Positions 7,336-15,803 are shown, counted from the first letter of the stretch. The stretch: DNA of 50,930 bases from an uncultured Gammaproteobacteria bacterium (GCA_964566145.1 CAZMHN010000002.1:23522-74451), one strand, 5' to 3'. Notes: generated by a model not told the origin, from the sequence alone. Translations and numbers: made by a program.

Positions 7336-8295
7336 TTACAGCGTCGGCGTGAAAGTGATTTGCGCGCCGATGGAGCCTGTGTACTGCGATTGCGTTCCCT
7401 GAATCGCGAAACGATTCAGGTTGTTCCCATGAACATGGCCGAATCCCTCCACCGCAAAGCTATGTGACAGAGGCACCCGCAACCTGACCCCGGCGAACAA
7501 GCCGGATTCCTGTTGCAGGAACTCGTTCTGGTATCTGACGCGTTCCTCAACGACGCCGGCACCCAGCTCGAAACCGAGCCAGTCAGCCGGGAAGTAAAGG
7601 ACGGAGCCCTTGTGCGCTACGAACGACCGCGAACCGAATTTGTCAGACGCGGCCTTTTCCCAGTACCCGAAAGAGTACTGGAGGAACACGTGCTCCAAGA
7701 GCTTCAAGCGAAGTGCCACCGTTGGCAGTGCCGTTTTCACCTGGCCCATGTGGTAGGAGATGCCTGCGCCGGCCGAAAGAGGCGACAACACCGTACGTTC
7801 GGAAGTATCGCCCACAACAGTGATGTTGTTCACTATCATCGTCGCCCGCTCCGGCTTCTGCTCCACTTCCGCGACGTAAATGTACGCGCCGCGGTAACGG
7901 TTCCAGTGCTTGGGCTGGAGCTGAATAGCGTTGGCGCTATCGACTCCTGCCGCAAGCAAGCGGTCTATGACCTTCTGGCCGCGGGCCAGTCCGAGCGAGT
8001 TGTCCAGGGTATAGCGCTCCTTGGGAGCGTAGCCAGGCCACTTGGTGCTGTCGGTGGCGCCGACGATAAAGGCGATGTGATTGGCCCAGTCGAATTCCTG
8101 GGCAATCACGTCAACCTTCATGAATTCCAACGCAGGGGGGTCGTCCGGACCTCCCTTGCTGAAATCCCTGATCTCGTAAGGTCCGAAGACCTTCACGATG
8201 TCCAGGCCACGCGCGGAGGCGTAGTCATCCATGGTTTGCCCGAGTGCAGGCATAACCATGAACAGGAACAGGAATGCGAGTAATGCGGTTCTCAT
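7336..8295 (-). CDS. exported protein with an N-terminal OmpA/MotB-like domain and a C-terminal beta-rich domain (319 aa)
   Basis: Signal peptide MRTALLAFLFLFMVMPALG followed by Q. OmpA_C-like blocks are FIVGATDST, NSLGLARGQKVIDRLLAAGVD and NRYRGAYIYV. The C-terminal roughly 150 aa shows alternating hydrophobic beta-strand patterns. GAGGAG lies 6 nt upstream of the ATG. Confidence 0.55.
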   Translation of the reverse strand: MRTALLAFLFLFMVMPALGQTMDDYASARGLDIVKVFGPYEIRDFSKGGPDDPPALEFMKVDVIAQEFDWANHIAFIVGATDSTKWPGYAPKERYTLDNSLGLARGQKVIDRLLAAGVDSANAIQLQPKHWNRYRGAYIYVAEVEQKPERATMIVNNITVVGDTSERTVLSPLSAGAGISYHMGQVKTALPTVALRLKLLEHVFLQYSFGYWEKAASDKFGSRSFVAHKGSVLYFPADWLGFELGAGVVEERVRYQNEFLQQESGLFAGVRLRVPLSHSFAVEGFGHVHGNNLNRFAIQGTQSQYTGSIGAQITFTPTL

Positions 8296-8429
8296 GATGT
8301 ACTCCTCGTAATTGTGTGTAGTTGTTTTATGTGTTCTATGTATGACTTTAGTCAGTTTTCAAGGTGCCTACTTACGGCGCCATGGTTGGCGTTGGAACAG
8401 CCACTAAACTGCGGCGTAAGTATCGCGGC

Positions 8430-8458
8430 ATCATAAACGAAATCGGCTGATTTGTCAA
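8430..8458 (-). promoter_or_regulatory. near-consensus sigma70 promoter (TTGACA-17-TATGAT)
   Basis: On the - strand, TTGACA (8453-8458), a 17-nt spacer and TATGAT (8430-8435). It shares the core CTTGACAAATC with the promoter at 4833-4861. Confidence 0.65.
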
Positions 8459-8528
8459 GGGTAACTGGAAAATTTGCCTAAGGGTGGCGTTTTTACGAAC
8501 AGGGGCTAGAATAGGGTATGGAGCATGT

Positions 8529-8975
8529 ATGGCGACGATAGCTGAAAACCGCAGGGCGCGGCACGATTATGAAATCCTCGAGCGCGTCGAGGCCGGCTTG
8601 GTGCTGTCGGGCGCCGAGGTGAAAAGCGCGAAAACCGGCAGGGTTCAGCTCCAGGGGTCTTACGTTCTGCCCAAAGGCCAGGAATTATGGCTTACGGGCA
8701 TGCACATTGCGCCCTATGCTCCGGCCGGAGCCGGCGTTTCCTACCAGCCTATCCGCGACCGGAAGCTCTTGCTGAAGCGACGGGAACTGTCGCACCTGTT
8801 CGGAAAGCTTGCCGAGCAAGGCTTGACACTAGTGCCGCTTTCTGTTTACACTTCGCATAGGTTCGTCAAAGTCGAACTCGGTCTGGGTCGCGGCAAAACG
8901 CGCCATGATAAGCGTGCGAGCATCAAGAAGCGCGAGACCGAGAGGGACATGCGTCGTTCCTTACTAAGGAGGTAA
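8529..8975 (+). CDS. smpB: SsrA-binding protein SmpB
   Basis: MATIAENRRARHDYEILE at the N-terminus and a basic C-terminal tail (GKTRHDKRASIKKRE). ATG 8529 was chosen inside ORF 8484-8975. GGAG lies 5 nt upstream. Confidence 0.9.
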   Translation: MATIAENRRARHDYEILERVEAGLVLSGAEVKSAKTGRVQLQGSYVLPKGQELWLTGMHIAPYAPAGAGVSYQPIRDRKLLLKRRELSHLFGKLAEQGLTLVPLSVYTSHRFVKVELGLGRGKTRHDKRASIKKRETERDMRRSLLRR

Positions 8976-9030
8976 CCACTCGCCGTACCTCATTCACCTG
9001 GCAGATCCGCCTGGGTCTGAATGGGGTACG

Positions 9031-9420
9031 GGGGGTGCTTACCATTCGATAGCTTATGGGCGTACGTCCCTGCAGGCCGGAGCCGACATCCTCCGTTATA
9101 AACGTGTCACCATACAAATGCCAAGTCATTTGTCGCCAAGGTCAAGTCGGCTTTCAGCCAGCTGGCCTTTGCTCCAGCCTTCGCCTAACCGCTAAGGCCG
9201 TTCCCGTAAGTCATGCTCGATAGCTTACGCGGAGCGCCATTCATCGAGCGCCGTTTGTGTGCCTCCTGGCCCCGCGCACATGACCGGCAACTTGACGGGG
9301 CTGACCGCGCGGCCTTTCGTGCCGCTCTATCCGCGCGCGTTTATGAAGCGGCACTGAGCCTGGACCTGGTACGTTTATGTTCTAAGCTAGACACGGGTGT
9401 AAATCCCGTCACCTCCACCA
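9031..9420 (+). ncRNA. ssrA: tmRNA (ssrA), one-piece
   Basis: The 5' GGGGGTG pairs with the 3' CACCTCC, including a G3:U70 wobble, and is followed by ACCA. The 5' ATTCGA box matches the tmRNA consensus region. T-arm ACGGG-TGTAAAT-CCCGT. An internal tag frame runs from GCC 9120 (or GCC 9135) to TAA 9186-9188 and reads AKSFV-AKVKSAFSQLAFAPAFA. Confidence 0.8.
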
Positions 9421-9424
9421 TAGT

Positions 9425-9997
9425 ATTTTTCACCACACCTTGCGCGACCGACAACGTTACCGCATCAACCACCAAATCCGCCTCCCCGAGGTTCAGCTCA
9501 TTGACCACGAGGGGAAAGTGTGCGGCGTGGTGGCTACGTCAGAAGCTTTGCGACTGGCGAACGAGGTCGGCCTCGATCTGGTGGAGGTGAATCCGTCCGT
9601 CAGGCCGCCGATAGCCAAAATATTGGATTTCGGGCAGTTCCAGTACAAGCAGCAGAAGATAATCCAGGCTCAGCGCTCGAAAGCCAAGAAGGTGGAAATA
9701 AAGGGCATACGGTTGTCGCTGAATATCGGCGAACACGACAAGCAAACCCGCCTCAAGCAGGCCATCAAGTTCTTGGATGAAGGGCACAAGGTTAGGCTCG
9801 AAGTGGTTTTGAGGGGCAGGGAACGCGCTCACGCCGACCAGGCTAGGCAGGTGATGGAGCGGTTCGCCAACGACCTTGGAACTTCAGTGGAAGTGCCGTT
9901 CGCGCGGCAAGGCGGGCGCTTGAGCCTGCAAGTGGCGCGCAAGAAAGTTGTACCGCAGAAGCCAGCATCTCCCCAGGAGCAGACGCCAGTTTCCTAA
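9425..9997 (+). CDS. infC: translation initiation factor IF-3 (non-AUG start: ATT 9425 or TTG 9440)
   Basis: RINHQIRLPEVQLIDHEGKVCGVV and the C-terminal domain KGIRLSLNIGEHD...VRLEVVLRGRE. There is no in-frame ATG near the N-terminus. Confidence 0.85.
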   Translation: MFHHTLRDRQRYRINHQIRLPEVQLIDHEGKVCGVVATSEALRLANEVGLDLVEVNPSVRPPIAKILDFGQFQYKQQKIIQAQRSKAKKVEIKGIRLSLNIGEHDKQTRLKQAIKFLDEGHKVRLEVVLRGRERAHADQARQVMERFANDLGTSVEVPFARQGGRLSLQVARKKVVPQKPASPQEQTPVS

Positions 9998-10013
9998 CCA
10001 TTTTTTCAAGTCT

Positions 10014-10208
10014 ATGAAAGTGAAAAGCCACAAAGCGACCGTGAAGCGTTTCCGCGTGACCGGGAAGGGCAAGTTCATGAAGCGCACCGCCGGACAGGAC
10101 CACTTCAATTCCCGCGAGCCCGGCAAGGTGACCCGCGCCAAGCGACGCGACGTTGAGATAGCCAAAGTGAACGTTCCGGCTTTGAAGAAGCTCATCCACC
10201 GTTCGTAA
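10014..10208 (+). CDS. rpmI: 50S ribosomal protein L35
   Basis: MKVKSHKATVKRFRVTGKGKFMKRTAGQDHF. ATG 10014 lies inside ORF 9948-10208. Confidence 0.9.
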   Translation: MKVKSHKATVKRFRVTGKGKFMKRTAGQDHFNSREPGKVTRAKRRDVEIAKVNVPALKKLIHRS

Positions 10209-10226
10209 GATTTTTTCTATCCGACT

Positions 10227-10574
10227 ATGGCAAGAGTGAAGCGCGGCGTAATGCACGCCAAACGGCGCCGGAACATCCTGAAGCAGACCAAGGGGTATCG
10301 CTGGGGCCGAAAGAGCAAGATAAAGCTGGCTAAGACCGCGGCCACCAAGGCTGGTGCGTACGCTTTTGCGCACCGCAGGCGCAAGAAGTCCAACTTCCGC
10401 GCTTTGTGGCATGTGCAGATAAACGCGGCGGTCCGCGAGTACGGCTTGAGCTACAGTCGGTTCATAGACCTTTTGAAGAAGAACAAGATAGAGCTCGACA
10501 GGAAGATACTGTCCCAGCTGGCACGCGAGTATCCGGCTGTGTTCAAGAAGCTCGTGGAAGCCGTCAAGAAGTAG
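10227..10574 (+). CDS. rplT: 50S ribosomal protein L20
   Basis: MARVKRGVMHAKRRRNILKQTKGYRWGR...AHRRRKK. Confidence 0.95.
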   Translation: MARVKRGVMHAKRRRNILKQTKGYRWGRKSKIKLAKTAATKAGAYAFAHRRRKKSNFRALWHVQINAAVREYGLSYSRFIDLLKKNKIELDRKILSQLAREYPAVFKKLVEAVKK

Positions 10575-10590
10575 GTTCGCCTGATTCCAG

Positions 10591-10620
10591 CCCCCCGACG
10601 CGTCGGGGGGTTTTGGTTTT
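10591..10620 (+). terminator. rho-independent terminator after rplT
   Basis: CCCCCCGACG/CGTCGGGGGG palindromic stem followed by TTTTGGTTTT. Confidence 0.75.
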
Positions 10621-10657
10621 GAACGCAACCGGGAATTACTCTATACTAGTGAGCGCT

Positions 10658-12376
10658 ATGCTTTCCCAAAAACTCCATGAGGAAGTGGCCAGGGCCGCGT
10701 CTTTGCACTACGAGCTTGCTCATAATGAAGTGGAGCTTGAGCTGACGCGCGATTTGGCGCACGGCGACTATTCCAGCAACGTGGCTTTGAAGGTGGCTTC
10801 CAAGTGGGGAGTGACGACGCGGGAGGCGGCCGCGACCATCGTGAAGGCGCTTCAGGAATCGGCCGTGCTGAACAAGTTGTGTGCGCACGTGACCGTAGCC
10901 GGACCGGGGTTCATCAATTTCCACCTGAAACCCGAGATGCAAGCTCACGCCGCGGCGAACGCCTTGGCGCCGCGCGAGCACAATGTGCTGAAAGGCAAGC
11001 GTGTCATTGTCGAGTACTCCAGTCCGAACGTGGCCAAGCCCATGCATGTTGGACACGTACGCTCGACCATAATCGGGAGCGCCATCGCCGCCATGTACGA
11101 ACGGCTGGGCGCGCAGGTAATCACCATAAACCACCTGGGCGATTGGGGTACGCAGTTCGGCAAGCTCATAGCGGCGTACAAGCGCTGGGGCAGCCGAGCC
11201 AAGGTGAAGCACGATCCCATCGGCGAGCTTCTGAAGCTGTACGTGCATTTCCATGAGGCGCTCCCTGAACATCCGGAGCTGGAGAAGGAGGGCCAGGAAG
11301 AATTCCAGAAGCTGGAAGCCAAGAACCGCGAGAATCGGAGTCTGTGGCACTGGTTCAGACAGGAGTCCATCAAGGAGTTCGCCAAGGTGTACAAACGTCT
11401 CGGCGTGAAGTTCGCCTATACGACCGGCGAGAGTTTCTACGAACCCATGCTGAAGGGGGTCGTGTCCGACCTTCTGAAGCGGAAGATAGCCGTGAAGAAC
11501 GAGGACGGGAGCGTGGTCGTGCATCTGCAGGCGGAAGGACTGTCGCCCTGCCTCATTCAAAAATCAGACGGGGCCTCGCTCTACGCCACCAGGGATCTGG
11601 CCGCCATACGGTACCGCGTACAGAGGTTCAAGCCGTCCGCGATCGTCTATGTGGTTGGGAACGAGCAGTCGCTACACTTTGACCAGGTGTACGCCGTGGC
11701 CAGGCTGGCCGGCTATGCCGGCAGTGCCCAGCTCATCCATGTGAAGTACGGGCTTATCTTGGGCAGTGACGGCCAGAAGCTCTCAACGCGCGAAGGTAAG
11801 ACCATTCCCCTGAACGAGGTCATGGAGGAAGCGCACACCCGCGCGCGTGCCGTGGTGGAAGCCAAGAGTCCGAAGCTTTCGGCTGTCCAGCGCGAGCGCG
11901 TGGCGGAGACTGTTGGTATCGGCGCGGTGAAGTATAACGACCTGCACCAGAACCGCCTGACCGACATCACGTTCGATTGGAACAAGATGCTGGCGCTGGA
12001 AGGCAACAGCGCGCCGTACCTGCAGTACACGTACGTGCGCCTGAAGAGCATTTTGCGGAACGCGGGCAAAAGCCGGGTGGGGAAGATAACTTCCGCGGCG
12101 TTTACCCACGGCACAGCCGACGACCAGCGCCTGGTGCGCCTTATAGGCCGGTATCCGGAGTACCTGCGTTATGCGGTAGACGAGCACGGCCCGCACCTCC
12201 TGGCCAACTACTTGTATGAGCTTTCGAATCTGGTGAATTCCTACTACCACGCACAGCCGGTGTTGAAGGCCGAGCCCAAGGTCCGTTCCTTGCGGTTGGC
12301 GCTGGTGCGCACGGCGGCCGAAGTCATAGCCGACGGGCTAGGCGCTCTTGGCGTGGGGGTAGTGGAGCGAATGTAA
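10658..12376 (+). CDS. argS: arginine--tRNA ligase
   Basis: SSPNVAKPMHVGHVRSTIIG (HIGH region), GDWGTQFG, and a C-terminal anticodon-binding domain ending in M. ATG 10658 lies inside ORF 10406-12376. TATACT at 10642-10647 lies 10 nt upstream. Confidence 0.9.
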   Translation: MLSQKLHEEVARAASLHYELAHNEVELELTRDLAHGDYSSNVALKVASKWGVTTREAAATIVKALQESAVLNKLCAHVTVAGPGFINFHLKPEMQAHAAANALAPREHNVLKGKRVIVEYSSPNVAKPMHVGHVRSTIIGSAIAAMYERLGAQVITINHLGDWGTQFGKLIAAYKRWGSRAKVKHDPIGELLKLYVHFHEALPEHPELEKEGQEEFQKLEAKNRENRSLWHWFRQESIKEFAKVYKRLGVKFAYTTGESFYEPMLKGVVSDLLKRKIAVKNEDGSVVVHLQAEGLSPCLIQKSDGASLYATRDLAAIRYRVQRFKPSAIVYVVGNEQSLHFDQVYAVARLAGYAGSAQLIHVKYGLILGSDGQKLSTREGKTIPLNEVMEEAHTRARAVVEAKSPKLSAVQRERVAETVGIGAVKYNDLHQNRLTDITFDWNKMLALEGNSAPYLQYTYVRLKSILRNAGKSRVGKITSAAFTHGTADDQRLVRLIGRYPEYLRYAVDEHGPHLLANYLYELSNLVNSYYHAQPVLKAEPKVRSLRLALVRTAAEVIADGLGALGVGVVERM

Positions 12377-12397
12377 CCGTCGAGCTATACTGAATAT

Positions 12398-12841
12398 ATG
12401 GATTTCTCGGTTCCTCAGGGCGCGTACGCCCAACCCAAGCCTTCGCGCGGCGTGTTTGTGAAAATTATACTGTCGCTCACTTTTGTGACGGTGTTTGCCG
12501 CCGCCGCTGTTCTAGTGGGAGAACAGTACAACTGGTTTAGAAGCTCGGATGCGTGGCAGGCCGTGTTTCTGTCGAACGGGCAGGTATATTTCGGCCACGT
12601 AGTCAGCACCACGCCAACCACTGTCGTACTGCAGGACATTTACTACCTGCAAGCTTCCGGGCCGTTGCAGGCCGGAGCGGAACAGCAGCAAAAGGACTTG
12701 GCGCTGGTGAAGCTGGGCGCCGAGCTCCACGGGCCCACGGACGAGATGCGCATCAACCGGGAGCAGGTGTTGTTCGTAGAGGACCTGAAAGACGATTCCA
12801 AGGTAGTCAGCGCCATAGAGCAGCATCGGGTGGGAAGGTAA
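12398..12841 (+). CDS. N-terminally anchored hypothetical protein (147 aa)
   Basis: TM helix IILSLTFVTVFAAAAVLV. No motif recognised. TATACT at 12386-12391 ends 6 nt before the ATG. Confidence 0.6.
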   Translation: MDFSVPQGAYAQPKPSRGVFVKIILSLTFVTVFAAAAVLVGEQYNWFRSSDAWQAVFLSNGQVYFGHVVSTTPTTVVLQDIYYLQASGPLQAGAEQQQKDLALVKLGAELHGPTDEMRINREQVLFVEDLKDDSKVVSAIEQHRVGR

Positions 12842-12857
12842 CGGTTCCGTGTTATAG

Positions 12858-12882
12858 AGCCGCTCACGCGGCTTGTTTTTTG
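12858..12882 (+). terminator. rho-independent terminator
   Basis: AGCCGC-TCAC-GCGGCT stem-loop followed by TGTTTTTTG. Confidence 0.6.
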
Positions 12883-12911
12883 CGTGCGTTTCTCGTATAG
12901 TGAAGCGTGTT

Positions 12912-15803
12912 ATGGTGAAGTTCCCCGAGCTCGAAGAGAAGTGGCTGGCGTACTGGAGGGAGCACGACGTTTTCGCAAAGACGCTGGCCAAGCCCGCACC
13001 TGCGGGTAATTTTGTTTTTTTCGAAGGGCCGCCTACTGCGAACGGCAAGCCAGGCATACACCACGTGCTGGCCCGCGCGTTCAAGGACCTTATTCCGCGC
13101 TACAAGACCATGCGCGGATTCAAGGTGGAGCGCAAGGCCGGCTGGGACACGCAGGGCCTGCCGGTGGAACTGCAGGTGGAAAAGGAGCTGGGGTTCAAGG
13201 GCAAGCCGGACATAGAAAAGTACGGCGTAAAGGAGTTCAACGAGCAGTGCAAAAAGGACGTGTGGAAGTACCAGGAGGACTGGGAAAAGCTTACTGAGCG
13301 CATGGGGTTCTGGCTCGACCTGGAACACCCGTACGTTACGTACGAACGTCCGTACATAGAAAGCTTGTGGTGGATTCTAAGCCAGGTGCACAAGGCCGGT
13401 TTGCTGTACCAGGATTATAAAGTTCTGCCGCACTGTCCCAGATGCGCCACGGCGCTTTCCTCGCATGAGGTAGCCTTGGGGTACAAGAGTATTCCAGATA
13501 AAGCGGTGTACGTAAAGTTCAAGATAAGGCCAGGACAGAACGTCAGCGATATTTTTACTACCAATGACAGTACATTCATTTTGTCATGGACCACGACACC
13601 CTGGACTTTACCAGGCAATGTTGCTTTGGCTGTAGGTGAAGACATTGAGTATGAGATATGGGAACAGAACGGCGATTATCTTATTGTTGCAGCCAAGTGC
13701 AGAGAGCAAGTTGGTATTGGTGGTAATCCAGAGACTCGAGGACCGCTATTGGGGAAGAGATTGGTAGGCTTACAATACGAACCATTGTTCGACATCAAAC
13801 CTTTGCAGAACGACAAGTCGCACCGCGTATACGCCGCTCCATTCGTGACCACAACCGACGGTACAGGCGTGGTGCATACTGCTGTCATGTATGGCGAAGA
13901 TGACTTCAATCTTGGTTCCGAGGTCGGCCTGCCCAAGTACCACACAGTGGACGAGAACGGCAACTTCACTGCCGACGTGCCGCAGTGGCAAGGCAAGTTC
14001 GTGAAAGATAAGGCCGTGGAGCAGGGGATAGTCGAGGACCTTAAGAGCCGCGGACTTCTTTTCAGCGAGGAAACGTACACGCACGACTATCCGTTCTGCT
14101 GGCGGTGCGGAACGCCGCTTTTGTACTACGCCAAGCCGTCGTGGTTCATAAAAATGTCAGCCCTGAAGGAAGAGCTCAAAGCCGGGAACGAAGCAATCAA
14201 CTGGTACCCGGGGCATATAAAGTACGGCAGGTTCGGCGAATGGCTGGACGGCATAAAAGACTGGGCCATTTCGCGCGAGCGGTACTGGGGCACGCCTTTG
14301 CCCATTTGGCGTTGCACGGAGTGCAAGCATGAAATTGTCATTGGCAGTGTGGCGGAACTTTCGGAAAAGTCCGGCGTAAAATTTACCAAGGATTTTGACC
14401 CGCACCGCCCGTTCATAGACGAAGTGTCCTGGTCGTGCAAACAGTGCGGCAAGGGTGAGGTGAAGCGCGTGCCTGAAGTAGCTGACTGCTGGTTCGATTC
14501 AGGCTCCATGCCGTTCGCACAATGGGGCTATCCTCACGCGGAAGGGAGCAGTGACGCCTTAGCTTCGCACTACCCGGCGGATTTCATTTCCGAGGCCATA
14601 GACCAAACCCGCGGCTGGTTCTACACGCTTTTGGCCGTGGCCACGCTATTGAAAAAGGCAGGGGCTATCAAAGAAGTGCCGCCTTATCGGAACGTCATTT
14701 GCCTTGGGCACATAAACGATGCCAAGGGGCAGAAGATGTCAAAATCCAAAGGCAACGTCGTAGACCCATGGGACATGATAGGGAAGTACGGCATCGACGC
14801 GGTGCGTTTGCACCTGTACACCGTGAACCAGCCCGGGGAACCTAAGAATTTCGACGAGAAAGAGGTGGACGAGGTGGTGAAGAAAACTTTCCTCATCCTT
14901 ATGAACGTGGTGACTTTCTACGAGCTGTACAAAGGCAAGGGTGCCGTTCCGGCACAGGCGCCCGGCGCGGAGCACGTGATGGATAAGTGGGTGCTGGCGC
15001 TGTTGCAGCAGCTCACAAACGAGGTTACGAGCCGTCTGGAAGCCTATGAGGTCACCGAGGCCGGGCGCAAGCTGGCGGGATTCGTGACTGAACTTTCCAC
15101 GTGGTACGTGCGCCGCTCGCGCGACAGGTTCAAGGAAGAGGGAGCGGACAAGCAAGCGGCGCTCGCGACCCTGGGCTACGCGTTGTCGACGCTGGCGAAA
15201 CTGATGGCCCCGTTCACGCCGTTCGTGGCCGAGGAGGCGTACACGCGAGTGAGCGGTACGAAAGAGTCAGTGCATTTGGAAGTGTGGCCCGAGACAAAAG
15301 AGCTTACAGCCGAGCAGGGTGCCCTATTGCTTTCCATGGATGAAGCCAGGCACGTGGTGGAAATGGCCTTGGCGCAACGCGCCGCCGCAGGCATGAAAGT
15401 GCGCCAGCCGTTGCGCGCGCTTACCGTGCGGGGGGCGAACCTCTCGCCTGAATCAGTGGCCGTAGTGGCGGAGGAGGTAAACGTATTGAACGTTGAGCAG
15501 GAGGTCGGGCCTGAGCTTTCCGTGTCCCTCGACACCACCCTTGATGACGAGCTTACTGCCATGGGCCAGGTGCGCGAATTCACGCGGCAGGTGAACGCTC
15601 TGCGCAAAGCCAAAGGGCTTACCATAAAAGACAAAGTGAACATGGTCGTACAGGCGCCAGCGGAACTGCGGGCGGCCCTGACGGCGCGCGAAGTGGAAGT
15701 TCTGCGCGCGGTCATCGCGTCGTCCGTAGTATTCACGGATGAACCGCAAGAAGACCAGTTGGAAGTGGGGGAGAGTCAGGTGAGCGTCAGACTAGCGAAG
15801 TAA
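12912..15803 (+). CDS. ileS: isoleucine--tRNA ligase
   Basis: PPTANGKPGIHHVLAR (HIGH-type), KMSKSKGN, editing-domain and Zn-type CxxC pairs (CWRCG, CTECKH, CKQCG). ATG 12912 lies inside ORF 12873-15803. Confidence 0.9.
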   Translation: MVKFPELEEKWLAYWREHDVFAKTLAKPAPAGNFVFFEGPPTANGKPGIHHVLARAFKDLIPRYKTMRGFKVERKAGWDTQGLPVELQVEKELGFKGKPDIEKYGVKEFNEQCKKDVWKYQEDWEKLTERMGFWLDLEHPYVTYERPYIESLWWILSQVHKAGLLYQDYKVLPHCPRCATALSSHEVALGYKSIPDKAVYVKFKIRPGQNVSDIFTTNDSTFILSWTTTPWTLPGNVALAVGEDIEYEIWEQNGDYLIVAAKCREQVGIGGNPETRGPLLGKRLVGLQYEPLFDIKPLQNDKSHRVYAAPFVTTTDGTGVVHTAVMYGEDDFNLGSEVGLPKYHTVDENGNFTADVPQWQGKFVKDKAVEQGIVEDLKSRGLLFSEETYTHDYPFCWRCGTPLLYYAKPSWFIKMSALKEELKAGNEAINWYPGHIKYGRFGEWLDGIKDWAISRERYWGTPLPIWRCTECKHEIVIGSVAELSEKSGVKFTKDFDPHRPFIDEVSWSCKQCGKGEVKRVPEVADCWFDSGSMPFAQWGYPHAEGSSDALASHYPADFISEAIDQTRGWFYTLLAVATLLKKAGAIKEVPPYRNVICLGHINDAKGQKMSKSKGNVVDPWDMIGKYGIDAVRLHLYTVNQPGEPKNFDEKEVDEVVKKTFLILMNVVTFYELYKGKGAVPAQAPGAEHVMDKWVLALLQQLTNEVTSRLEAYEVTEAGRKLAGFVTELSTWYVRRSRDRFKEEGADKQAALATLGYALSTLAKLMAPFTPFVAEEAYTRVSGTKESVHLEVWPETKELTAEQGALLLSMDEARHVVEMALAQRAAAGMKVRQPLRALTVRGANLSPESVAVVAEEVNVLNVEQEVGPELSVSLDTTLDDELTAMGQVREFTRQVNALRKAKGLTIKDKVNMVVQAPAELRAALTAREVEVLRAVIASSVVFTDEPQEDQLEVGESQVSVRLAK

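Noticed and set aside
3162-8483. The envelope island as a tRNA-integrated mobile element or genomic island.
   Set aside because: I saw no integrase, transposase or excisionase, and no direct repeat of the tRNA 3' end. The island also lies on the 5' side of tRNA-Asp, not the usual 3' integration side. Foreign origin remains possible but is unsupported.
8993-9022. A possible ssrA promoter, TTCACC-18-CTGAAT.
   Set aside because: Both hexamers are weak matches. It is consistent with a TSS at about 9030 but not strong enough to list as a feature.
8923-9590. ORFs 8923-9129 (-) and 9213-9590 (+).
   Set aside because: They fall on the tmRNA gene (9031-9420) and the start of infC. The RNA-gene explanation accounts for the region.
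9843-10628. 261-aa - strand ORF (and the nested 9884-10195 ORF) antisense to infC/rpmI/rplT.
   Set aside because: It overlaps three strongly supported ribosomal and translation genes. Its sequence is low-complexity and Arg/Leu/Ala-rich, typical of open antisense frames in GC-rich DNA, and it has no motif.
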